This document shows, one piece after another, positions 37,742-52,465 of a stretch of 64,000 bases of DNA. The notes beneath the pieces are model-generated. The model saw only the letters and a program-made list of their open reading frames with translations. It did no database searches and had not been told where the DNA came from. Position 1 is the first letter of the stretch. Each line of letters opens with the position of its first letter. Both the position numbers and the translations under genes were made by a program. The stretch is taken from contig NW_027266279.1 in assembly GCF_022045235.1 (NCBI RefSeq), positions 3,410,001 to 3,474,000 on the forward strand. The letters are read 5' to 3'. The DNA is from Haliotis cracherodii (taxonomy: Eukaryota).

Positions 37742-39566
37742 CTTCACAGTTACGTCTATCCACAGTAGAATAAACGGTGTGAATGACCTTATAGCAAATA
37801 CACAAGGCCTTTTATACAAATGGATAAGGAAATCAGGACACTATGAATCGAAATACTCCCAATGGAGAAAGAAAGAGAACAAGTTCTATTTTGACTTTTT
37901 CCTTAACATGTATTTGTAAACTAACACCAGATTATATTATATCACCTTGGCATTGGAGAGTTTCATTCTTTATTATTTACGTCTTCCTGAATAACCATCA
38001 AAACCTGCTGTGCATTTGTTACGTAAGGTGGCGCCCCTTGGATGTTTCTCTGTTGGATTAAATGCAAGGTGCACTGACTCATCCAATGAATTCAAAGCAA
38101 ATATGACATACAAAAAAATGAATGGACAGATGTCTATAAAATGCAAGAACAATGATTAGCTGTTAATATCCTGTTACTATAGGTTTCGTTATGCAGTTTC
38201 TTGGTCCCATCAATGACTATTGTAAAAGACGTATATCTGAAATGAGCAAACAGTAGATACTGCATGCTTTTCATTTGATGAAAATACACCGATATTTATG
38301 GAATTACAACACGTACTACATGCCTCCATCGCCTTATATGCTGCTCGTAGCACCACACATACACACACTGCAAGTAATATCTACTCAATAATGGACACAG
38401 AAGTGACCGTGCAGCCACTTATACACGAGATATTTACACCTTTCTGAGAAGCGTAGGGATACAATAGGGCTACAGTCTGAAAGCAGAATATGAGACCGCT
38501 CCATGTCACACATCTGAGTTGCTTTGTTCAAAGCAGTTAAAAGAAAGCTAGACAATTAATTCAACTATTGTAGTCTGCATGTTTAAAATATTTCTTTGAG
38601 CTCTTTCCACACGATCGAAATCGCGTACCAATATATGCTGACCGCTGTAACCTGTAAGGAGCATACTATCTCCATTTGACTCAGCAATACAGTAAACTAA
38701 ATGTAATGTCAACGGTATTACATTTAAGAAGGAGTGCTAAATGACATCCTATTATGGTGTGCGGATAGTGTATCAATGCAGTTAGCACACTGATAGTCAA
38801 ATGGACAGGTGTGAAGTTAATTAGGTATGGTATATTGCTACTTTAATACTATTGTAATTCTCCACAAGGTCAAAACTGCTAAAATGCAGAAACGTCTAAA
38901 AGTGGACAAGAACAAGGTAGATGTGAAGCATTTGGGGACGATTATGTAGGGTTGAAAATTCTTTAAATCTTGAGACAAAACATATTAGAGGGGAAGAGTT
39001 CTGTTTTTGACGCATACACAGTGAAGACAAAATGTTGAAGTACATTAAAAGCAAAATGTTCTCGTAGGATAGATATAAAGGTATTTTGCAATTATCAACG
39101 GAATCTGTTAAGCTAATTCTAGAGACGATGTGTATGATTTCACTACATGAAACTGATATATACCATGTATTTACAATTCTCTTTCCGACAACACAGTCAA
39201 GTCAAGAAGTGAATTATTTGCAATGTTTAATTGTAAATTACCTTTTGTATTAGGAGGATTCATATGCCAACAATGGTACTAAAACTAACTCTCGCTGCAG
39301 CTGTTTTTGTAATAAACAGGATACGGTTCTCTGTATGTGCGTTTGTATTATACATCATGTACCACATAGGAGATATGTGTTTCTTCTTTAAATTTGCAGG
39401 TAAGCAGTAAGTAGATACAAAGTCGAAAAGACATATTCATTTCATGGTTTTATTTGAAGTCGTTTCTCAAAGTTGGCATTGAATAGTGTGGTGTAGCCAA
39501 CGAGGCTATGACAACGATGACATCAAATGTCCAACATTTGATAGAAATGTGAAGAGCCTGTTGAGT

Positions 39567-40195
39567 TTAACCATGGTGGCCACCGCCTCCATGGCCACCT
39601 CCTCCATGGCCGCCGCCACCGTGACCACCGCCGCCGCCGCCGCCACCATGACCACCTCCGTGGCCGCCACCTCCATGTCCGCCGCCACCATGACCCCCAC
39701 CACCTTTGCCGCCTCCTCCGTGGCCGCCACCCCCTTTGCCACCGCCTCCTTTTCCGCCACCTCCTCCGTGGCCGCCACCTCCTTTGCCACCGCCTCCTTT
39801 GCCACCACCTCCTTTGCCACCGCCTCCTTTGCCACCGCCTCCTTTGCCACCGCCTCCCTTTCCACCGCCTCCATGTCCTCCTCCGCCTCCTTTGCCGCCA
39901 CCCCCTCCGTGGCCACCATAGGCAGAGCCAAAGAAGGCTGTGAACACTAGAAAGGAGAACAGTGCATCTGTAGTTAAATGTCTTTAAAGAACAACGCAAG
40001 AATATAGTTTTCAACCTCATAATGTTGCCAATTACCTTTTGTACGCTCTTTAAGTCACGTTGTTGTAGAAAATACGCAATGAATTAAAAGATAAGTGAAT
40101 TTATCAGTCCACATTTCAATAGAACTCACACAGCTCACGTTTGAAAGGTTGAACTTACCCAAGGCCACAACGAGTGCAATTTTATAGAGCTGCAT
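39567..40195 (-). CDS. GKH-rich protein copy 11, 138 aa
   Basis: Same two-exon structure, intact. Confidence 0.9.
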
Positions 40196-42020
40196 CTTCA
40201 CAGTTACGTCTATCCACAGTAGAATAAACGGTGTGAATGACCATATAGCAAATACACAAGGCCTTTTATACAAATGGATAAGGAAATCAGGACACTATGA
40301 ATCGAAATACTCCCAATGGAGAAAGAAAGAGAACAAGTTCTATTTTGACTTTTTCCTTAACATGTATTTGTAAACTAACACCAGATTATATTATATCACC
40401 TTGGCATTGGAGAGTTTCATTCTTTATTATTTACGTCTTCCTGAATAACCATCAAAACCTGCTGTGCATTTGTTACGTAAGGTGGCGCCCCTTGGATGTT
40501 TCTCTGTTGGATTAAATGCAAGGTGCACTGACTCATCCAATGAATTCAAAGCAAATATGACATACAAAAAAATGAATGGACAGATGTCTATAAAATGCAA
40601 GAACAATGATTAGCTGTTAATATCCTGTTACTATAGGTTTCGTTATGCAGTTTCTTGGTCCCATCAATGACTATTGTAAAAGACGTATATCTGAAATGAG
40701 CAAACAGTAGATACTGCATGCTTTTCATTTGATGAAAATACACCGATATTTATGGAATTACAACACGTACTACATGCCTCCATCGCCTTATATGCTGCTC
40801 GTAGCACCACACATACACACACTGCAAGTAATATCTACTCAACAATGGACACAGAAGTGACCGTGCAGCCACTTATACACGAGATATTTACACCTTTCTG
40901 AGAAGCGTAGGGATACAATAGGGCTACAGTCTGAAAGCAGAATATGAGACCGCTCCATGTCACACATCTGAGTTGCTTTGTTCAAAGCAGTTAAAAGAAA
41001 GCTAGACAATTAATTCAACTATTGTAGTCTGCATGTTTAAAATATTTCTTTGAGCTCTTTCCACACGATCGAAATCGCGTACCAATATATGCTGACCGCT
41101 GTAACCTGTAAGGAGCATACTATCTCCATTTGACTCAGCAATACAGTAAACTAAATGTAATGTCAACGGTATTACATTTAAGAAGGAGTGCTAAATGACA
41201 TCCTATTATGGTGTGCGGATAGTGTATCAATGCAGTTAGCACACTGATAGTCAAATGGACAGGTGTGAAGTTAATTAGGTATGGTATATTGCTACTTTAA
41301 TACTATTGTAATTCTCCACAAGGTCAAAACTGCTAAAATGCAGAAACGTCTAAAAGTGGACAAGAACAAGGTAGATGTGAAGCATTTGGGGACGATTATG
41401 TAGGGTTGAAAATTCTTTAAATCTTGAGACAAAACATATTAGAGGGGAAGAGTTCTGTTTTTGACGCATACACAGTGAAGACAAAATGTTGAAATACATT
41501 AAAAGCAAAATGTTCTCATAGGATAGATATAAAGGTATTTTGCAATTATCAACGGAATCTGTTAAGCTAATTCTAGAGACGATGTGTATGATTTCACTAC
41601 ATGAAACTGATATATACCATGTATTTACAATTCTCTTTCCGACAACACAGTCAAGTCAAGAAGTGAATTATTTGCAATGTTTAATTGTAAATTACCTTTT
41701 GTATTAAGAGGATTCATATGCCAACAATGGTACTAAAACTAACTCTCGCTGCAGCTGTTTTTGTAATAAACAGGATACGGTTCTCTGTATGTGCGTTTGT
41801 ATTATACATCATGTACCACATAGGAGATATGTGTTTCTTCTTTAAATTTGCAGGTAAGCAGTAAGTAGATACAAAGTCGAAAAGACATATTCATTTCATG
41901 GTTTTATTTGAAGTCGTTTCTCAAAGTTGGCATTGAATAGTGTGGTGTAGCCAACGAGGCTATGACAACGATGACATCAAATGTCCAACATTTGATAGAA
42001 ATGTGAAGAGCCTGTTGAGT

Positions 42021-42649
42021 TTAACCATGGTGGCCACCGCCTCCATGGCCACCTCCTCCATGGCCGCCGCCACCGTGACCACCGCCGCCGCCGCCGCCAC
42101 CATGACCACCTCCGTGGCCGCCACCTCCATGTCCGCCGCCACCATGACCCCCACCTCCTTTGCCGCCTCCTCCGTGGCCGCCACCCCCTTTGCCACCGCC
42201 TCCTTTTCCGCCACCTCCTCCGTGGCCGCCACCTCCTTTGCCACCGCCTCCTTTGCCACCACCTCCTTTGCCACCGCCTCCTTTGCCACCGCCTCCTTTG
42301 CCACCGCCTCCCTTTCCACCGCCTCCATGTCCTCCTCCGCCTCCTTTGCCGCCACCCCCTCCGTGGCCACCATAGGCAGAGCCAAAGAAGGCTGTGAACA
42401 CTAGAAAGGAGAACAGTGCATCTGTAGTTAAATGTCTTTAAAGAACAACGCAAGAATATAGTTTTCAACCTCATAATGTTGCCAATTACCTTTTGTACGC
42501 TCTTTAAGTCACGTTGTTGTAGAAAATACGCAATGAATTAAAAGATAAGTGAATTTATCAGTCCACATTTCAATAGAACTCACACAGCTCACGTTTGAAA
42601 GGTTGAACTTACCCAAGGCCACAACGAGTGCAATTTTATAGAGCTGCAT
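42021..42649 (-). CDS. GKH-rich protein copy 12, 138 aa
   Basis: Intact; one synonymous Gly codon change. Confidence 0.9.
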
Positions 42650-44474
42650 CTTCACAGTTACGTCTATCCACAGTAGAATAAACGGTGTGAATGACCATAT
42701 AGCAAATACACAAGGCCTTTTATACAAATGGATAAGGAAATCAGGACACTATGAATCGAAATACTCCCAATGGAGAAAGAAAGAGAACAAGTTCTATTTT
42801 GACTTTTTCCTTAACATGTATTTGTAAACTAACACCAGATTATATTATATCACCTTGGCATTGGAGAGTTTCATTCTTTATTATTTACGTCTTCCTGAAT
42901 AACCATCAAAACCTGCTGTGCATTTGTTACGTAAGGTGGCGCCCCTTGGATGTTTCTCTGTTGGATTAAATGCAAGGTGCACTGACTCATCCAATGAATT
43001 CAAAGCAAATATGACATACAAAAAAATGAATGGACAGATGTCTATAAAATGCAAGAACAATGATTAGCTGTTAATATCCTGTTACTATAGGTTTCGTTAT
43101 GCAGTTTCTTGGTCCCATCAATGACTATTGTAAAAGACGTATATCTGAAATGAGCAAACAGTAGATACTGCATGCTTTTCATTTGATGAAAATACACCGA
43201 TATTTATGGAATTACAACACGTACTACATGCCTCCATCGCCTTATATGCTGCTCGTAGCACCACACATACACATACTGTAAGTAATATCTACTCAATAAT
43301 GGACACAGAAGTGACCGTGCAGCCACTTATACACGAGATATTTACACCTTTCTGAGAAGCGTAGGGATACAATAGGGCTACAGTCTGAAAGCAGAATATT
43401 AGACCGCTCCATGTCACACATCTGAGTTGCTTTGTTCAAAGCAGTTAAAAGAAAGCTAGACAATTAATTCAACTATTGTAGTCTGCATGTTTAAAATATT
43501 TCTTTGAGCTCTTTCCACACGATCGAAATCGCGTACCAATATATGCTGACCGCTGTAACCTGTAAGGAGCATACTATCTCCATTTGACTCAGCAATACAG
43601 TAAACTAAATGTAATGTCAACGGTATTACATTTAAGAAGGAGTGCTAAATGACATCCTATTATGGTGTGCGGATAGTGTATCAATGCAGTTAGCACACTG
43701 ATAGTCAAATGGACAGGTGTGAAGTTAATTAGGTATGGTATATTGCTACTTTAATACTATTGTAATTCTCCACAAGGTCAAAACTGCTAAAATGCAGAAA
43801 CGTCTAAAAGTGGACAAGAACAAGGTAGATGTGAAGCATTTGGGGACGATTATGTAGGGTTGAAAATTCTTTAAATCTTGAGACAAAACATATTAGAGGG
43901 GAAGAGTTCTGTTTTTGACGCATACACAGTGAAGACAAAATGTTGAAATACATTAAAAGCAAAATGTTCTCATAGGATAGATATAAAGGTATTTTGCAAT
44001 TATCAACGGAATCTGTTAAGCTAATTCTAGAGACGATGTGTATGATTTCACTACATGAAACTGATATATACCATGTATTTACAATTCTCTTTCCGACAAC
44101 ACAGTCAAGTCAAGAAGTGAATTATTTGCAATGTTTAATTGTAAATTACCTTTTGTATTAGGAGGATTCATATGCCAACAATGGTACTAAAACTAACTCT
44201 CGCTGCAGCTGTTTTTGTAATAAACAGGATACGGTTCTCTGTATGTGCGTTTGTATTATACATCATGTACCACATAGGAGATATGTGTTTCTTCTTTAAA
44301 TTTGCAGGTAAGCAGTAAGTAGATACAAAGTCGAAAAGACATATTCATTTCATGGTTTTATTTGAAGTCGTTTCTCAAAGTTGGCATTGAATAGTGTGGT
44401 GTAGCCAACGAGGCTATGACAACGATGACATCAAATGTCCAACATTTGATAGAAATGTGAAGAGCCTGTTGAGT

Positions 44475-45103
44475 TTAACCATGGTGGCCACCGCCTCCAT
44501 GGCCACCTCCTCCATGGCCGCCGCCACCGTGACCACCGCCGCCGCCGCCGCCACCATGACCACCTCCGTGGCCGCCACCTCCATGTCCGCCGCCACCATG
44601 ACCCCCACCACCTTTGCCGCCTCCTCCGTGGCCGCCACCCCCTTTGCCACCGCCTCCTTTTCCACCACCTCCTCCGTGGCCGCCACCTCCTTTGCCACCG
44701 CCTCCTTTGCCACCACCTCCTTTGCCACCGCCTCCTTTGCCACCGCCTCCTTTGCCACCGCCTCCCTTTCCACCGCCTCCATGTCCTCCTCCGCCTCCTT
44801 TGCCGCCACCCCCTCCGTGGCCACCATAGGCAGAGCCAAAGAAGGCTGTGAACACTAGAAAGGAGAACAGTGCATCTGTAGTTAAATGTCTTTAAAGAAC
44901 AACGCAAGAATATAGTTTTCAACCTCATAATGTTGCCAATTACCTTTTGTACGCTCTTTAAGTCACGTTGTTGTAGAAAATACGCAATGAATTAAAAGAT
45001 AAGTGAATTTATCAGTCCACATTTCAATAGAACTCACACAGCTCACGTTTGAAAGGTTGAACTTACCCAAGGCCACAACGAGTGCAATTTTATAGAGCTG
45101 CAT
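44475..45103 (-). CDS. GKH-rich protein copy 13, 138 aa
   Basis: Intact; one synonymous Gly codon change. Confidence 0.9.
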
Positions 45104-46928
45104 CTTCACAGTTACGTCTATCCACAGTAGAATAAACGGTGTGAATGACCATATAGCAAATACACAAGGCCTTTTATACAAATGGATAAGGAAATCAGGA
45201 CACTATGAATCGAAATACTCCCAATGGAGAAAGAAAGAGAACAAGTTCTATTTTGACTTTTTCCTTAACATGTATTTGTAAACTAACACCAGATTATATA
45301 ATATCACCTTGGCATTGGAGAGTTTCATTCTTTATTATTTACGTCTTCCTGAATAACCATCAAAACCTGCTGTGCATTTGTTACGTAAGGTGGCGCCCCT
45401 TGGATGTTTCTCTGTTGGATTAAATGCAAGGTGCACTGACTCATCCAATGAATTCAAAGCAAATATGACATACAAAACAATGAATGGACAGATGTCTATA
45501 AAATGCAAGAACAATGATTAGCTGTTAATATCCTGTTACTATAGGTTTCGTTATGCAGTTTCTTGGTCAAATCAATGACTATTGTAAAAGACGTATATCT
45601 GAAATGAGCAAACAGTAGATACTGCATGCTTTTCATTTGATGAAAATACACCGATATTTATGGAATTACAACACGTACTACATGCCTCCATCGCCTTATA
45701 TGCTGCTCGTAGCACCACACATACACATACTGTAAGTAATATCTACTCAATAATGGACACAGAAGTGACCGTGCAGCCACTTATACACGAGATATTTACA
45801 CCTTTCTGAGAAGCGTAGGGATACAATAGGGCTACAGTCTGAAAGCAGAATATGAGACCGCTCCATGTCACACATCTGAGTTGCTTTGTTCAAAGCAGTT
45901 AAAAGAAAGCTAGACAATTAATTCAACTATTGTAGTCTGCATGTTTAAAATATTTCTTTGAGCTCTTTCCACACGATCGAAATCGCGTACCAATATATGC
46001 TGACCGCTGTAACCTGTAAGGAGCATACTATCTCCATTTGACTCAGCAATACAGTAAACTAAATGTAATGTCAACGGTATTACATTTAAGAAGGAGTGCT
46101 AAATGACATCCTATTATGGTGTGCGGATAGTGTATCAATGCAGTTAGCACACTGATAGTCAAATGGACAGGTGTGAAGTTAATTAGGTATGGTATATTGC
46201 TACTTTAATACTATTGTAATTCTCCACAAGGTCAAAACTGCTAAAATGCAGAAACGTCTAAAAGTGGACAAGAACAAGGTAGATGTGAAGCATTTGGGGA
46301 CGATTATGTAGGGTTGAAAATTCTTTAAATCTTGAGACAAAACATATTAGAGGGGAAGAGTTCTGTTTTTGACGCATACACAGTGAAGACAAAATGTTGA
46401 AATACATTAAAAGCAAAATGTTCTCATAGGATAGATATAAAGGTATTTTGCAATTATCAACGGAATCTGTTAAGCTAATTCTAGAGACGATGTGTATGAT
46501 TTCACTACATGAAACTGATATATACCATGTATTTACAATTCTCTTTCCGACAACACAGTCAAGTCAAGAAGTGAATTATTTGCAATGTTTAATTGTAAAT
46601 TACCTTTTGTATTAGGAGGATTCATATGCCAACAATGGTACTAAAACTAACTCTCGCTGCAGCTGTTTTTGTAATAAACAGGATACGGTTCTCTGTATGT
46701 GCGTTTGTATTATACATCATGTACCACATAGGAGATATGTGTTTCTTCTTTAAATTTGCAGGTAAGCAGTAAGTAGATACAAAGTCGAAAAGACATATTC
46801 ATTTCATGGTTTTATTTGAAGTCGTTTCTCAAAGTTGGCATTGAATAGTGTGGTGTAGCCAACGAGGCTATGACAACGATGACATCAAATGTCCAACATT
46901 TGATAGAAATGTGAAGAGCCTGTTGAGT

Positions 46929-47557
46929 TTAACCATGGTGGCCACCGCCTCCATGGCCACCTCCTCCATGGCCGCCGCCACCGTGACCACCGCCGCCGCC
47001 GCCGCCACCATGACCACCTCCGTGGCCGCCACCTCCATGTCCTCCGCCACCATGACCCCCACCACCTTTGCCGCCTCCTCCGTGGCCGCCACCCCCTTTG
47101 CCACCGCCTCCTTTTCCGCCACCTCCTCCGTGGCCGCCACCTCCTTTGCCACCGCCTCCTTTGCCACCACCTCCTTTGCCACCGCCTCCTTTGCCACCGC
47201 CTCCTTTGCCACCGCCTCCCTTTCCACCGCCTCCATGTCCTCCTCCGCCTCCTTTGCCGCCACCCCCTCCGTGGCCACCATAGGCAGAGCCAAAGAAGGC
47301 TGTGAACACTAGAAAGGAGAACAGTGCATCTGTAGTTAAATGTCTTTAAAGAACAACGCAAGAATATAGTTTTCAACCTCATAATGTTGCCAATTACCTT
47401 TTGTACGCTCTTTAGGTCACGTTGTTGTAGAAAATACGCAATGAATTAAAAGATAAGTGAATTTATCAGTCCACATTTCAATAGAACTCACACAGCTCAC
47501 GTTTGAAAGGTTGAACTTACCCAAGGCCACAACGAGTGCAATTTTATAGAGCTGCAT
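46929..47557 (-). CDS. GKH-rich protein copy 14, 138 aa
   Basis: Intact; one synonymous Gly codon change. Confidence 0.9.
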
Positions 47558-49382
47558 CTTCACAGTTACGTCTATCCACAGTAGAATAAACGGTGTGAAT
47601 GACCATATAGCAAATACACAAGGCCTTTTATACAAATGGATAAGGAAATCAGGACACTATGAATCGAAATACTCCCAATGGAGAAAGAAAGAGAACAAGT
47701 TCTATTTTGACTTTTTCCTTAACATGTATTTGTAAACTAACACCAGATTATATAATATCACCTTGGCATTGGAGAGTTTCATTCTTTATTATTTACGTCT
47801 TCCTGAATAACCATCAAAACCTGCTGTGCATTTGTTACGTAAGGTGGCGCCCCTTGGATGTTTCTCTGTTGGATTAAATGCAAGGTGCACTGACTCATCC
47901 AATGAATTCAAAGCAAATATGACATACAAAACAATGAATGGACAGATGTCTATAAAATGCAAGAACAATGATTAGCTGTTAATATCCTGTTACTATAGGT
48001 TTCGTTATGCAGTTTCTTGGTCCCATCAATGACTATTGTAAAAGACGTATATCTGAAATGAGCAAAGAGTAGATACTGCATGCTTTTCATTTGATGAAAA
48101 TACACCGATATTTATGGAATTACAACACGTACTACATGCCTCCATCGCCTTATATGCTGCTCGTAGCACCACACATACACACACTGCAAGTAATATCTAC
48201 TCAATAATGGACACAGAAGTGACCGTGTAGCCACTTATACACGAGATATTTACACCTTTCTGAGAAGCGTAGGGATACAATAGGGCTACAGTCTGAAAGC
48301 AGAATATGAGACCGCTCCATGTCACACATCTGAGTTGCTTTGTTCAAAGCAGTTAAAAGAAAGCTAGACAATTAATTCAACTATTGTAGTCTGCATGTTT
48401 AAAATATTTCTTTGAGCTCTTTCCACACGATCGAAATCGCCTACCAATATATGCTGACCGCTGTAACCTGTAAGGAGCATACTATCTCCATTTGACTCAG
48501 CAATACAGTAAACTAAATGTAATGTCAACGGTATTACATTTAAGAAGGAGTGCTAAATGACATCCTATTATGGTGTGCGGATAGTGTATCAATGCAGTTA
48601 GCACACTGATAGTCAAATGGACAGGTGTGAAGTTAATTAGGTATGGTATATTGCTACTTTAATACTATTGTAATTCTCCACAAGGTCAAAACTGCTAAAA
48701 TGCAGAAACGTCTAAAAGTGGACAAGAACAAGGTAGATGTGAAGCATTTGGGGACGATTATGTAGTGTTGAAAATTCTTTAAATCTTGAGACAAAACATA
48801 TTAGAGGGGAAGAGTTCTGTTTTTGACGCATACACAGTGAAGACAAAATGTTGAAATACATTAAAAGCAAAATGTTCTCATAGCTTAGATATAAAGGTAT
48901 TTTGCAATTATCAACGGAATCTGTTAAGCTAATTCTAGAGACGATGTGTATGATTTCACTACATGAAACTGATATATACCATGTATTTACAATTCTCTTT
49001 CCGACAACACAGTCAAGTCAAGAAGTGAATTATTTGCAATGTTTAATTGTAAATTACCTTTTGTATTAGGAGGATTCATATGCCAACAATGGTACTAAAA
49101 CTAACCCTCGCTGCAGCTGTTTTTGAAATCAACAGGATACGGTTCTCCGTATGTGCTTTTGTATTATACATCATGTACCACATAGGAGATATGTGTTTCT
49201 TCTTTAAATTTGCAGGTAAGCAGTAAGTAGATACAAAGTCGAAAAGACATATTCATTTCATGGTTTTATTTGAAGTCGTTTCTCAAAGTTGGCATTGAAT
49301 AGTGTGGTGTAGCCAACGAGGCTATGACAACGATGACATCAAATGTCCAACATTTGATGGAAATGTAAAGAGCCTGTTGAGT

Positions 49383-50011
49383 TTAACCATGGTGGCCACC
49401 GCCTCCATGGCCACCTCCTCCATGGCCGCCGCCACCGTGACCACCGCCGCCTCCGCCGCCACCATGACCACCTCCGTGGCCGCCACCTCCATGTCCGCCG
49501 CCACCATGACCCCCACCACCTTTGCCGCCTCCTCCGTGGCCGCCACCCCCTTTGCCACCGCCTCCTTTTCCGCCACCTCCTCCGTGGCCGCCACCTCCTT
49601 TGCCACCGCCTCCTTTGCCACCACCTCCTTTGCCACCACCTCCTTTGCCACCGCCTCCTTTGCCACCGCCTCCCTTTCCACCGCCTCCATGTCCTCCTCC
49701 GCCTCCTTTGCCGCCACCCCCTCCGTGGCCACCATAGGCAGAGCCAAAGAAGGCTGTGAACACTAGAAAGGAGAACAGTGCATCTGTAGTTAAATGTCTT
49801 TAAAGAACAACGCAAGAATATAGTTTTCAACCTCATAATGTTGCCAATTACCTTTTGTACACTCTTTAAGTCACGTTGTTGTAGAAAATACGCAATGAAT
49901 TAAAAGATAAGTGAATTTATCAGTCCACATTTCAATAGAACTCACACAGCTCACGTTTGAAAGGTTGAACTTACCCAAGGCCACAACGAGTGCAATTTTA
50001 TAGAGCTGCAT
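49383..50011 (-). CDS. GKH-rich protein copy 15, 138 aa
   Basis: Intact; two synonymous Gly codon changes. Confidence 0.9.
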
Positions 50012-51836
50012 CTTCACAGTTACGTCTATCCACAGTAGAATAAACGGTGTGAATGACCATATAGCAAATACACAAGGCCTTTTATACAAATGGATAAGGA
50101 AATCAGGACACTATGAATCGAAATACTCCCAATGGAGAAAGAAAGAGAACAAGTTCTAATTTGACTTTTTCCTTAACATGTATTTGTAAACTAACACCAG
50201 ATTATATAATATCACCTTGGCATTGGAGAGTTTCATTCTTTTTTATTTACGTCTTCCTGAATAACCATCAAAACCTGCTGTGCATTTGTTACGTAAGGTG
50301 GCGCCCCTTGGATGTTTCTCTGTTGGATTAAATGCAAGGTGCACTGACTCATCCAATGAATTCAAAGCAAATATGACATACAAAAAAATGAATGGACAGA
50401 TGTCTATAAAATGCAAGAACAATGATTAGCTGTTAATATCCTGTTACTATAGGTTTCGTTATGCAGTTTCTTGGTCCCATCAATGACTATTGTAAAAGAC
50501 GTATATCTGAAATGAACAAACAGTAGATACTGCATGCTTTTCATTTGATGAAAATACACCGATATTTATGGAATTACAACACGTACTACATGTCTCCATC
50601 GCCTTATATGCTGCTCGTAGCACCACACATACACACACTGCAAGTAATATCTACTCAATAATGGACACAGAAGTGACCGTGTAGCCACTTATACACGAGA
50701 TATTTACACCTTTCTGAGAAGCGTAGGGATACAATAGGGCTACAGTCTGAAAGCAGAATATGAGACCGCTCCATGTCACACATCTGAGTTGCTTTGTTCA
50801 AAGCAGTTAAAAGAAAGCTAGACAATTAATTCAACTATTGTAGTCTGCATGTTTCAAATATTTCTTTGAGCTCTTTCCACACGATCGAAATCGCCTACCA
50901 ATATATGCTGACCGCTGTAACCTGTAAGGAGCATACTATCTCCATTTGACTCAGCAATACAGTAAACTAAATGTAATGTCAACGGTATTACATTTAAGAA
51001 GGAGTGCTAAATGACATCCTATTATGGTGTGCGGATAGTGTATCAATGCAGTTAGCACACTGATAGTCAAATGGACAGGTGTGAAGTTAATTAGGTATGG
51101 TATGTTGCTACTTTAATACTATTGTAATTCTCCACAAGGTCAAAACTGCTAAAATGCAGAAACGTCTAAAAGTGGACAAGAACAAGGCAGATGTGAAGCA
51201 TTTGGGGACGATTATGTAGGGTTGAAAATTCTTTAAATCTTGAGACAAAACATATTAGAGGGGAAGAGTTCTGTTTTTGACGCATACACAGTGAAGACAA
51301 AATGTTGAAATACATTAAAAGCAAAATGTTCTCATAGCTTAGATATAAAGGTATTTTGCAATTATCAACGGAATCTGTTAAGCTAATTCTAGAGACGATG
51401 TGTATGATTTCACTAGTGGAAACTGATATATACCATGTATTTACAATTCTCTTTCCGACAACACAGTCAAGTCAAGAAGTGAATTATTTGCAATGTTTAA
51501 TTGTAAATTACCTTTTGTATTAGGAGGATTCATATGCCAACAATGGTACTAAAACTAACTCTCGCTGCAGCTGTTTTTGTAATAAACAGGATACGGTTCT
51601 CTGTATGTGCGTTTGTATTATACATCATGTACCACATAGGAGATATGTGTTTCTTCTTTAAATTTGCAGGTAAGCAGTAAGTAGATACAAAGTCGAAAAG
51701 ACATATTCATTTCATGGTTTTATTTGAAGTTGTTTCTCAAAGTTGGCATTGAATAGTGTGGTGTAGCCAACGAGGCTATGACAACGATGACATCAAATGT
51801 CCAACATTTGATAGAAATGTGAAGAGCCTGTTGAGT

Positions 51837-52465
51837 TTAACCATGGTGGCCACCGCCTCCATGGCCACCTCCTCCATGGCCGCCGCCACCGTGACCACCG
51901 CCGCCGCCGCCGCCACCATGACCACCTCCGTGGCCGCCACCTCCATGTCCGCCGCCACCATGACCCCCACCACCTTTGCCGCCTCCTCCGTGGCCGCCAC
52001 CCCCTTTGCCACCGCCTCCTTTTCCGCCACCTCCTCCGTGGCCGCCACCTCCTTTGCCACCGCCTCCTTTGCCACCACCTCCTTTGCCACCGCCTCCTTT
52101 GCCACCGCCTCCTTTGCCACCGCCTCCCTTTCCACCGCCTCCATGTCCTCCTCCGCCTCCTTTGCCGCCACCCCCTCCGTGGCCACCATAGGCAGAGCCA
52201 AAGAAGGCTGTGAACACTAGAAAGGAGAACAGTGCATCTGTAGTTAAATGTCTTTAAAGAACAACGCAAGAATATAGTTTTCAACCTCATAATGTTGCCA
52301 ATTACCTTTTGTACGCTCTTTAAGTCACGTTGTTGTAGAAAATACGCAATGAATTAAAAGATAAGTGAATTTATCAGTCCACATTTCAATAGAACTCACA
52401 CAGCTCACGTTTGAAAGGTTGAACTTACCCAAGGCCACAACGAGTGCAATTTTATAGAGCTGCAT
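51837..52465 (-). CDS. GKH-rich protein copy 16, 138 aa
   Basis: Intact. Confidence 0.9.
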